A stretch of 62,175 bases of DNA, counting the filler, from Dugesia japonica (lineage: Eukaryota): assembly GCA_001938525.1 (NCBI GenBank). It is 5 parts of 5 records of this genome, joined end to end, with 100 filler letters (N's around TTAATTAATTAA, not from the genome) between each part and the next. Parts side by side here need not be neighbours in the genome. Positions count along the whole stretch, not along the records: positions 19,665 to 41,764 come from MQRL01631779.1; positions 41,865 to 50,946 come from MQRL01512692.1; 3 more parts are not named here. One strand, 5' to 3'. Position 1 is the first letter of the stretch; each line of letters begins with the position of its first letter. Under the pieces are notes generated by a model. It was not told where the DNA came from. It ran no database searches and saw only the letters and a list, made by a program, of their open reading frames with translations. The position numbers and the translations under genes are program-made. Positions 40,372 to 51,046 of the stretch are shown piece by piece.

Positions 40372-41419
40372 TGCAATAACACTGGGAGAAATATTTTCTG
40401 CAACATAAAACTTAATATATTATGTTTGGTTATTAAGTGTAACTTTTAAAATAACTCTTCCTATTATTTTTAGTTGACTTTCATTGGCACAAGTAACATT
40501 GATATATTCACTTTTAATTTTAGTAATATTTAATTTTAAAAATATTGCATGGTCAATCACATTATTTAAATTTCCATCGAATCTTGGTTTATTAAATCTA
40601 TTATTTGAATTTGGAATTTCACGCGGTACTGTTGCATATGTAACTTTTTTCTTCAACACTGATATTCCATATTCTGGTTTCATTTCTTTTTTCAATCCAT
40701 CTATTTCATTTATAATTTCTTTCATTTGTTTAACATCCTCTATATCTCGCATTTCTTTTTTAACTTCTTTATCATCCATTAAATTTTGTAAAAGAAATTT
40801 GACGTGTTTTACCTTCGTTAACTGGTGATGCAGAATATTATCTGCTAATTTATCAACTTTTGAAAAAAATGACATTGAGAATTCATTTAGTCTACGATAT
40901 TTCAAGGCATTAATTAGATCTTTACTGATAATTAATTAGGTCTGCTGGCTCTAAAAATGCTTCTTTGCATCTTATTTCAAAATCTTCAATCTTTGAATCT
41001 ACTGCTTCATATAATTTGACTGCGACTGTTGTCATAAAAGCTTTTATAATTATTTTCTTTAATTGATTCGAAATATTAGAAATTTCAAAAAATCTGTTTG
41101 ATTCTTCATTAAATTCTTAAATATTTCCTCCTTTCTGGAAAATCTTGGTGTTGGAATCCATGAGTTCAGAATTGGCGTGGTTGCTATGTTAGACTTGGAA
41201 AACGAAGTAAGCATAAAATATATATTTTAAACACAAAATGACATTTTAACATATATAGCTTTTGAGGAATCAGTTATGCAATAATGTCTGAGCACTAAAA
41301 TCATACACACATTCAAACAGTCAATNNCGCATTCACCTATTATCACATAGATATGTCAATTTACTTATATGAAGGTCAATATGAAAATATTATATTATTC
41401 TTAGCCATATCTCATAACA
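40372..41419 (-). mobile_element. Ty3/gypsy element 5' part: LTR (41187-41419), PBS-like site, gag and protease remnant
   Basis: LTR bounded by TGTTA..TAACA and followed by TAGCAACCACG. Gag-like frame from 41161; NVTCANESQLKIIGRVILKV..FYVAENISPSVI is the retropepsin C-terminal half. Confidence 0.75.
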
Positions 41420-41808
41420 TTGTCTTATTTACATAGTTACGCTGTATTATTTATATAGCAACGATGCAATATTATTAATAATTTTATGCAGTATGATTAC
41501 AATTTTTATAAAGTTTACAATTGTTTTTAAACTGTACATGATAAGGTGACAATTTTTTACAATTTACACTATATAGTGACTTTTTTAAAACAAAGATACG
41601 TGAGATTGTGACAATTTGTATTTATTTTTTTATTATTTATTTTATTCTTTTTTTCTTTACTTTTTTTTTATTTTTCTTTTTTTTAGGGTTGTTTATTCGA
41701 CGTCGTTCTTGAAAGAACAGTTCAGTGGCCGTAGTATCCCGTGAGGGACCAATAACCTCTCGTCNNNNNNNNNNNNNNNNNNNNNNNNNNNNNNNNNNNN
41801 NNNNNNNN

Positions 41809-41820
41809 TTAATTAATTAA
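41809..41820. other. Artificial contig linker TTAATTAATTAA
   Basis: Same as the linker at 10776. Confidence 0.95.
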
Positions 41821-41864
41821 NNNNNNNNNNNNNNNNNNNNNNNNNNNNNNNNNNNNNNNNNNNN

Positions 41865-42600
41865 TAACATGATTGCCCTGAGATTTAATAGAACTTGAAT
41901 TTAAATTAATAATTTCAAGATTTGACTCATTTGAAAATATGGAGCTCAATGGTGGGTTTTTACCTTTATTATTTTGAGGATTTCGAGAATTTACCATAAA
42001 TTTATTTGATTCAAAATTCGACTCTTCAAATTTTGAATTATCAAAATTTGCATAACTTTTTAATTTATTAGATTCGAAATTTGACTCCTTAAATTTAGAT
42101 TTATTAAATTTCGCATTATTTTTCGATTTATTAGGNNNNNNNNNNNNNNNNNNNNNNNNNNNNNNNNNNNNNNNNNNNNNNNNNNTTTATTGTGGGAATC
42201 AACTATTTTAGGTTGAGTCCTCTTTGAGTCAGTTAAGGTGATAACTGAGCTTTTGTTACGGTTATTTGAGCCTACTAAGGGGTTAGTAACATGATTGCCC
42301 TGAGATTTAATAGAACTTGAATTTAAATTATTAATTTCAAGATTTGACTCATTTGAAAATTTGGAGCTCAATGGTGGGTTTTTACCTTTATTATTTTGAG
42401 GATTTCGAGAATTTACCGTAAATTTATTTGATTCAAAATTCGACTCTTCAAATTTTGAATTATCAAAATTTGCATAACTTTTAAATTTATTAGATTCGAA
42501 ATTTGACTCCTTAAATTTAGATTTATTAAATTTCGCATTATTTTTCGATTTATTAGGCTCGAAATTTGACTCTTCAAATTTAGAGTTATTAAAATTTGCA
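41865..42600 (-). repeat. Coding tandem repeats: 60-bp units (SKFEESNFESNKF-like) inside a 420-bp direct duplication
   Basis: 41865-42135 repeats 42285-42555; the 20-aa units are visible in ORF 42060-43202. Confidence 0.8.
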
Positions 42601-45600
42601 GTATTATTTATTTGAAATTTATATATATTGGGGTAAAATTCCTTAATATTTTTAGAACTGGGATTATTATTAAAAGTTCTAAATTTATTAAATCCCTTAA
42701 AATTAAAATTTGAATTTTTATGAAAATTATTTNNNNNNNNNNNNNNNNNNNNNNNNNNNNNNNNNNNNNNNNNNNNNNNNNNNNNNNNNNNNNNNNNNNN
42801 NNNNNNNNNNNNNNNNAGATTTTTATTAAAAAAAGGAAAATGTCTTTTATTAGACAAATTAAATACGTCAGATTCAGAATTAGTAGCTTTTTGGCTGCTA
42901 TTTTGTAAATCTGACGAACAGNNNNNNNNNNNNNNNNNNNNNNNNNNNNNNNNNNNNNNNNNNNNNNNNNNNNNNNNNNNNNNNNNNNNNNNNNNNNNNN
43001 NNNNNNNNNNNNNNNNNNNNNNNNNNNNNNNNNNNNNNNNNNNNNNNNNNNNNNNNNNNNNNNNNNNNNNNNNNNNNNNNNNNNNNNNNNNNNNNNNNNN
43101 NNNNNNNNNNNNNNNNNNNNNNNNNNNNNNNNNNNNNNNNNGACGCTGGGCAGTGAGGCTCCACAGTGGCAAGATTTCGGTTGCCAGGGGTGCGGGTGAC
43201 ATTAGAAATTATGGCAGATTGGGGGACCCACTACTACACAAGCTTTAGGAGTCAGTTTACTTAAGTTTAGATTGTAATTATAGAACCTTTGTAGGAATTT
43301 ATAGAAAATGGGCATTTCATTGTTTCTATCATTGGTCATACGATGTTTCTCTTTTCTGAAAAAACTTTTGCAACCATTTGACTGAAAAAAATTGGTAAGG
43401 GCAGCAATGAAATCCTTATTCAAACCCTCTGGAACAAGTTCCAGCTTTCTAATACTATCCAAAAAGGGAATAGCACGCAAGTCAGCATTATTTATTAAAT
43501 CATTGTCCCCTTTATCACAGTAATTAATAAGAGGTGAGTTAATATCAATATACATAGCTATATTAGGATTAACAATAAATAATGAATTAAAAAACTCTAC
43601 AAAGGTATTTACATTTTCATCAGAAAAAATTTCTTTCTTGAAACTATTTACATAAAATTTACTAAAAACATTTATGAAATTTTTATCGAACATTAAAAAT
43701 AAAATTCTTTTACAAAATTTACAATTAAGAAAGTTTTTCTGAAAATCAAGAACAATCTTACACATATCTGCATTCTGGAGATCCATCATTTCGCGAAAGT
43801 TGCAACTTCCTTGACATTTCCAAGCTTTAAAACCAAATGTTTTGTGATATATACACATTTTTGTCTCGTCATTGATTGCCAATTTGAGTTGCCAGCAACA
43901 TGGTTTATTACATTTTCTTGATTTGTGGCCAAACATAAGATGGTAAGCGCATATTCCATTATTCTTAATTGATGACATGAGATTACTGCAACAGTGCAAG
44001 TAATCATTTCGTTTGTAGTTTTTCAAATAATAATCCACAAAGTCCATTAAGTTATCGATAAAAACAAGAGAATCATTGTTAACAATTTCCATTTCCGAAA
44101 AACGTTCTGCCATTAAAACATTATCTGATGTGACAAAATCAAAATGGCGGCCATTTTTTGTCGAGTTAGCCAAATTACGTAAAACATTATCCGAATCATT
44201 ATCCATTTTAACAACATCCATTTTAGCCGGGGTAACCAATTCCTTTATTCCATTATCATAAAGTTTTAATTCATCAGAGTCCGAATATGAGACAGTGTCT
44301 TCAATGATGATTTTGTTGCCATTACTTGCTTGTGCAGAGGTAAGTTTATCAAAAATGAAAAATTTGCAAATTTCTTTTTTTGAAAAGGCGAACAAATCAC
44401 CATTTTGACACGGATGCACGAAATTCCTGATTTTTTCCTGTTCGCCCTGGGGTAAGCTACTTAGGATAATCGAGGAATGCTCTAAAGCATCTGTCTCAAT
44501 TGCGAACTCGTCATGAACAAACTGAGAAGAACAGTTCCTATAAATCATAGTTAGAGATCGAACGAGATTGGAATTCTTAATTAAATCTAAATTCTTAATA
44601 TTATCTAAATTCTTAAAATAGTCTAAATTCTTAATTCTATTAAAATTCACAATTTCAATTAAATTATCATTTTTGTCTAAATCAAAAGATTTATTCTTTT
44701 TCCTATCGAAATTATTATTTATGACTAAATTATTAGATTCTAGAAAATATTTNNNNNNNNNNNNNNNNNNNNNNNNNNNNNNNNNNNNNNNNNNNNNNNN
44801 NNTCATTTTTATCTAGGTTATAGTTTATGACTAAATTATTAGATTTTTTAAAGAATTTAATTTTTCTGATATTGTTGTTTGAATATATAAAACAATCATT
44901 TTTTAATGGCGACGCCCATGAAAAATAAGAATTTTCGTCAAATTTTTCAAAATGTCTATTATTAGACAAATTAAAAGCGTTAGAGACGTTATAAGTACCC
45001 TTTTGGGTATTAATATTTAAATCTGACGGATAAAATGTATAATAATTATTCATATTATCAAATTTAGGAATTTTATGAGGAGTTAAATTAAAATTACAGT
45101 TAAAAGTAATGTTGGTGGGGTTTTTTTGTAGGGTTCTATTCCCATTTTTTATTGATGATTGAGGTGCTTTAGCATTGGGAATGAATATGGTGAAATTATA
45201 GAACCGCTGGAGAAAATTGGTAAAGACAGACACTGCATCTGTGCTTTCAGGGGATATAGAGCATTTATTAATAAATTTTCTAAAGCCTTTTGATGAAATG
45301 AACTTTAAAAAAGCATCAGTAAAATTTTTGTTATTAAGCTCCAGTGGTAACTGTTTAATTTGAATAAGGCTTTTCAAAAAACTAGCCAATATGGTTGGTT
45401 GGACATTTTTATTCAAATCGATATCATTTTCATCATTAAAGATGTTAGTTTGCTCATTAGAAATATTTTTAACAGGTAAATTATTCTTAAATAAAAAGCT
45501 CTCAAGGAAAATAACAAAAAAGGAAAATAACCACAAATTTTTTTCCTTGAAAGCTGCTTACGAAAAAATTATGAAAAGTATTTACGAAATTTTTATCAAA

Positions 45601-46199
45601 CATTAAGCAAAAAATTTGTGCCAATTTTGTTTCTTATTTTGCTAACATCAATATCCACAGCTAAATTATTGATGAGGTTTTTGATAAGACCGCATAAAAT
45701 GAAGCTGGAATTGTCACTAGAATTATTATTGTAATAAATAGATTTTTTGCAGTCTAGAATGACTTGATTGCTTGACGTGAATCTGTAGAATGTATTGAGG
45801 TGGGCGTTAAGCTTCAATCCTTGAGATTCGTTAAGAGAGACATCAACAAAATTCTGAGGGTCTATCCAATAGGAGGATTTTTCATTGGCCAAGAAAATAA
45901 ATGCTTTCCATTTGTTAGTGTCATCAGTCATTGGACAGATCATTAAATTTTTATAGATAAAGAGACGGTATGATATATGAAGTTTAATATCATTTTTTAT
46001 ATATGAAGTTTATCATCATTTTTTATTAAATGTGAGGTAGTTTTCACATCTAGGACTCCAATGTCGGTAGTTTTAATGATGTCATTGAGGTACACCATAA
46101 GATGTTGTTCTGTGAAAGGATTAATATGACGAGAATNNNNNNNNNNNNNNNNNNNNNNNNNNNNNNNNNNNNNNNNNNNNNNNCATGATCTGATTTTTA

Positions 46200-46640
46200 A
46201 GATGTTTATTTTTTCCAGGGGTTTATCGTTAACTAATTTGTTCATGTAACCACATACAAGCGGTCCACAGTCGTTACTATTGGTTTGTAATTGGTGCACT
46301 GGTGAGCCACTTTGTATGTAAATTCTTTTATCGGATAATTGACTTAGGAAGAGCTCTTGTGTCCTTATTGGAATTAGAATGATATAATGGATCAATAATG
46401 CATACATTGAGTTTATCAATATATAATAGAATCCAATGTGTCCCACCTATATGGAGAGTAGCAAAGGTTTTGAGACTTCGGTCAATGCTTTTTTCTTTCC
46501 ATTCCACTGAGAGTGGCGAATTTTTGTTCAGAGCGAATGTTGTGGCCCAGTTCGGGATAAATAATGATTTGTTTGGAGGAACACATTGCTCATGGTATTT
46601 TTGTATTTGCGCGTCGCTAAACCAAAAACGCATCTTGTCT
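46200..46640 (-). pseudogene. Ulp1/C48 cysteine protease domain, frameshifted
   Basis: WFSDAQIQKY, GTHWILLYID, IIDPL and LQTNSNDCGPLVC give the His-Asp-Cys triad plus oxyanion Gln, split over ORFs 46328-46654 and 45997-46446. Confidence 0.85.
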
Positions 46641-49565
46641 GGAGGCTTTTTCACAATCAGTGATGCAGTGGTATTTTGTCTGATTGGGATGCCAGACCGT
46701 CATTTTGCAGATGGGTCTAAAGATGATGGTTCACTAGCTTGTTTTTGTGGTGCTTTATCGTGCTTTCTAGTGCGCTTTGCTACAGCGCTCCCATCCCGCT
46801 TTACATGTTGTGAAACTTGAAGGATATGTGGAACCTCAGATAGAAGAACTTCAGTAGATTGGTGGTTTTCTATAGAGCTATCTAAATTAGAAGGGTTGAT
46901 TTCTGTTTCAACGACATGATTAGGTGAGTCTTGATGATTAGATATTGAAGCATCTTTCGAAAAAATTATAGAATTATTTGATGGAGAGCGTGGATAGTTG
47001 TCGTCTGAGAGTGGCANNNNNNNNNNNNNNNNNNNNNNNNNNNNNNNNNNNNNNNNNNNNNNNNNNNNNNNNNNNNNNNNNNNNNNNNNNNNNNNATATT
47101 TTCAGACAGAATTGTTGGAGCAGAAATTGTCATTTGATCACAGTCGTTAAGGGCTTGCATGATTTTTCCCTTAAATAAGACACCAAGCTGGACGGTTTCT
47201 GCGGTGATTGAGACATCAGCAACTTTTGAGTCCACATTTTTTTCTATTTTATTGATGGTTTGAATTTGTGGTTTGAGAGACTTAGTTTTTGAGGATATTT
47301 NNNNNNNNNNNNNAATAAAGGTGTTGGTAAACGATCTCAGTTTGAGCGATTTATGAATATTCAAGAATGATTGAATTTCGGCAAGTTCTGAAGTGCTGAT
47401 GGATTGAAATCTTCTGAAATTTTCGAGTTTTTTCATTGAACGCAAATGATTAATTGTTTTTTCTCTAGCTTCAATAGATGTAGAGGAGGATAAGAGATGA
47501 TCATAGCAGTTGAAGAAAGTTTGATTTTTAGCTTTGATAAATTGCATAATGGCCNGGTCAAAAGAGGCTGCTCTCGATTCAATCGCATTCATGATGGAGA
47601 TCAGCCTAGTATGATGGATAGTTTTGATTTTTGGTTGCGTTAGTGAATTTGAATTAGGTAATAAGGCTGCCGAAAGACTAGAGTTGATTAAAACCTCTTT
47701 AAACGATCGATCTTTTATTGATGTTTTTTTAGCAGAGCTATATGCTTGGTGTTGCGAGGATGCCTGGACTGCTTTGCTATTTCTGAGATGCAGAATTTGT
47801 TCAGAGAGAGCCGTTTTAGTGAAATTGCAGTGTGTAATTGTTTCAGTTAGAAGGTCTAGAAACGACCAAGAGAGATGAGTAATGTCATTTAAATTTTTAG
47901 CTAGGGTTTCAAGTTCATTAGCAAGAGCTTGGTAAAATGTGCTTTTCTTCTGAGGGAAGCAAAATATCCTGTTGTCAAGATACCAAAGAAGTTGACGGAT
48001 GATGCTGGCTAATTCAGTGTTTTTACTCCTGATTAATTGAAGATTGGCGTCAATCTCTTTGTAGATTCGTAGTTACTGAGCAGGAAGCAGCGAGTTTAGT
48101 TCGTTGAACGGATTATTTGAGACGTAATTGCTATTATCGATAGTAACATTAAAATTATGTGGGCGAGGATTATTAGGTTCATAGATGTTGTTGTTCTTTT
48201 GTTGCTTTGTAAAGGTTCTGATGTTAAAGTAACATGGCTGTTGGCATTTACGTGCATCTTTGTCAAAGATTTGATGGTAGTAGCAAATGTTTAAATTTTG
48301 TTCTGAAGCAACACTTTAAGAATTATTATTAGTGTTGAGCTTTTCTGTAGAGTTAAAAATGCATGGAGGAGTGCAATTACGCGCTTTCTTTCCAAATACT
48401 TTGTGATAATAACATAAATCTTTGCTAGTAGATGGACAACTGCTTTCAAATAAATTTATTTCATCTGCGAGAAGATTATGTTGTTCATTAATAAAATTTA
48501 TAATATTATTTCTTAAATTTGCTATTAAGTCTTTGATATTCGGAAGTTTCTGCCAGTTTATTCGATTTTCTGGTCGGACACGAGCCTTCTTTGAGTTGAC
48601 AGCTTGAGATGTATTATTATTATTATTATTCCTATCATTTTCATTAAAGTTTAAATAATAGGGATTCTCATGACCAGAGTCGGGTAACATAGAATTTGCA
48701 TTTTTAAAATAGTCTTTATTATAATAAGTTTTCTCAAATGGATTATTACTCGATTTAAAATTTTGATCCAAAACTTCTGGATGAATGCTTTTATATTTAT
48801 CGCAATTAAACATCTGATTTTTATTATGTCTTTGATTGTTAATTTTTAATTTCTGAGAATTTGCTAGACTTTTTAAATTGTGATATTCATTATCTCCAGA
48901 CAAACTATAAATATCGTTCACTGAATCAGTATACTTATTGACAGAATCNNNNNNNNNNNNNNNNNNNNNNNNNNNNNNNNNNNNNNNNNNNNNNNNNNNN
49001 NNNNNNNNNNNNNNNNNNNNNNNNNNNNNNNNNNNNNNNNNNNNNNNATAATAATAATCTGCTGTATCGATATTATCTATTCCATGAATCATAATATCAC
49101 TGCAATATTTATCGTAATTAAACATCCGATTTTCTGAATTAAAATTACTAGGATTGTGAAAATCGTTTGAGGAAATTTATGTTTACACTCATCAAATAGT
49201 TTACAATTAACATGATTATTTTTTACATTATTTACAGAGTAATTTGATGAATTAATATGAGGTGAATTTTGATTTAAAAATAAAGAATTGTACCTTTGTT
49301 CATCCAAATTNNAACATGCAGGCTTTTTGCTATAGACTCTATATTTTGATGAGGGAAATTTTTCACAATCGAAATTATTCAAGTATTTACAATTTTCATT
49401 TGAAGTTCCTGAAATTGGATAGTTAGAACGATTGTCCTTGTCATTATTAAAATTTATAGAACTTGATTCCATAATCAGATGAGCGAAATATAATGATAGG
49501 CAAATAAATATTCCAGGAATTTAACAATGAAGTTGAATTGAATCTGATAAATTTTTCTTAATTTT

Positions 49566-49621
49566 CTTAATTTCCGAGATCGAACGAGATCGGATGTACC
49601 CAAACTAGTATGAGCGTCGAC
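49566..49621 (-). rRNA. 5S rRNA gene, 5' half (nt 1-56), interrupted by an insertion
   Basis: GTCGACGCTCATACTAGTTTGGGTACATCCGATCTCGTTCGATCTCGGAAATTAAG, with the conserved CCGATCTCGT..GATCTCGGAA..TAAG of eukaryotic 5S. Confidence 0.93.
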
Positions 49622-49701
49622 ATGAAAATTTGAAAAATTATGTACTTGGGTAGCAATGCAATGTGGAGAATTAGGTGTTTATTGATTTTGAAAAAAAGAA
49701 T

Positions 49702-49706
49702 AAAAA
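49702..49706 (-). terminator. Pol III T-run terminator of the 5S gene
   Basis: TTTTT directly after ..GGTGTCGAC, with a second T7 run a few nt downstream. Confidence 0.75.
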
Positions 49707-49768
49707 GTCGACACCACCGCGTATTCCAAGACGCTCAAGCATTCAAGTACTAACGAGGCCTGAGTTTG
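49706..49768 (-). rRNA. 5S rRNA gene, 3' half (nt 57-119) of the preceding tandem copy
   Basis: CAAACTCAGGCCTCGTTAGTACTTGAATGCTTGAGCGTCTTGGAATACGCGGTGGTGTCGACT. It pairs with the 5' half (helix I GTCGACGC/GTGTCGAC, helix II AGTTTG/CAAACT), and the two halves sum to 119 nt. Confidence 0.93.
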
Positions 49769-50946
49769 GACTACACGTATTGTTACGCCGTGAATAACAA
49801 AACCTTGTTAGGGTTAGAAAATTCTCCCCAGGCTTATTCATGTCCTGGTTTGACCAGCTCGAGGCTGTAATAAAAAAAAACAAAAAAAAGAAGAATAAGA
49901 AGATGTCGCAAGGAAATGGCGGGATTACAAAAAATAATCCTAATTGGCTTCATCAGACATGACTGCACCGGAGTTTTCGATTTCCTCAATCTCCAGATTG
50001 CCAGCCTGCCCGTTGTGGAATCTCCAATTCCTGCTCGACCAGGAAATGCATTTTTTGATAGAAACAAGCGCAAATTTCTTAATTGTATTAGCGCGGAACC
50101 CAACTTGCTTAAGTACAGGCTCATTCTCTTCACACCACGATCCTAAGCACCCAATTGAGATCGTTTCAAGGACGAGATTCCAAGCTGGTAAGTTTTTCTT
50201 GATGTCATCCTTGAGTGGTGTGTATTTAATGATGTTGTTGTCCCTCGCTAATTTNNNNNNNNNNNNNNNNNNNNNNNNNNNNNNNNNNNNNNNNNNNNNN
50301 ATGCGCTTGCCCTCGCTATTGATTAATTGCAAGTCAACGCGATCAGTCCTGTTAACAAGATCACAGGTCTGATCGAAGCACGTATTTGCTCTAATAAATT
50401 TGGCGAGCAACTCAAGCACATCATTGTGTCGCACTGTTTTAAATGCAGAGGACGGGGGGCAATGACATAGGACATGTGCTTGAGTTTCCAAGTGGTAGCC
50501 ACACTTCCTGCAAGATTTAAAAGACATGCCATGATTGCAACCTACCGGAAGTGTGCTAGTCCTTGCTCTGTGAATGAAACGCTTTTCATCAGGTTTAATA
50601 GAGCCATCAAATAGCGGCTTTGCGGAAAGTGGAGATGCTCCAATAGCTGTGGACATGGCTCCAGTTTTAGTCAGGGCATTCCAATTTCTTGTATGCGCCC
50701 AACTGAGGAGACCATGAAGCAGTTTGGTCATGGCTCTTCGATCCTTGAAGGAAATCAAATAATTTCCTTCNTCGGCGCAATCAATCACTTGCATGCAAAT
50801 TCCAAGCTCATTGCGCTTGAACTTTACCTGCAAGTGGACCATCTTCTGAAGATGAGCAATTGCGTCATGGATCTTTGACCACCAACATTTGAGATTGGAC
50901 TTGGTGGTGTCGATGGAGAGCCAGTCTAATGCTTCATCAAATGTGC
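49769..50946 (-). mobile_element. 3' end of a NeSL/R5-clade non-LTR retrotransposon (CCHC knuckle, restriction-like endonuclease, 3' UTR) abutting 5S nt 57
   Basis: RFIHRARTSTLPV, CRKCGYHLETQAHVLCHC, RHNDVL, RVDL, LAR..IIKY and IGCLGSW. The 171-nt structured 3' UTR has no poly(A). Confidence 0.9.
49940..50946 (-). CDS. C-terminal part of the retrotransposon ORF (post-RT region, CCHC, RLE endonuclease); 5'-incomplete at the contig edge
   Basis: ORF track 49940-50842 (300 aa) with the motifs above. The second catalytic Asp region falls in the N gap at 50255-50300. Confidence 0.88.
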
Positions 50947-50990
50947 NNNNNNNNNNNNNNNNNNNNNNNNNNNNNNNNNNNNNNNNNNNN

Positions 50991-51002
50991 TTAATTAATT
51001 AA
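50991..51002. other. Artificial contig linker TTAATTAATTAA
   Basis: Same as the linker at 10776. Confidence 0.95.
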
Positions 51003-51046
51003 NNNNNNNNNNNNNNNNNNNNNNNNNNNNNNNNNNNNNNNNNNNN

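Larger units (their letters stand above)
41865..49565 (-). mobile_element. 5' region of a putative NeSL/R5-clade non-LTR retrotransposon inserted in a 5S rRNA gene; long broken polyprotein, RT not reached before the contig end
   Basis: Starts immediately after 5S nt 56, with the first ATG at 49472. Nearly continuous minus-strand coding with isolated stops (48316, 48073, 46700) and frameshifts. Contains Ulp1 domain(s), four C-x2-H-x9-C-x3-C knuckles and Asn-rich repeats. Confidence 0.7.

Noticed and set aside
46700-48318. Alternative genetic code or programmed read-through explaining the in-frame stops
   Set aside because: The host SAMHD1-like gene ends in TAA, and the stops coexist with frameshifts and fit single-base decay such as CAA>TAA and CGA>TGA.
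49622-49705. Spliced-leader RNA in the 5S spacer (TACCCAAGT resembles nematode SL1)
   Set aside because: Only a 9-nt match, with no proper donor site, stem-loops or Sm-site context.
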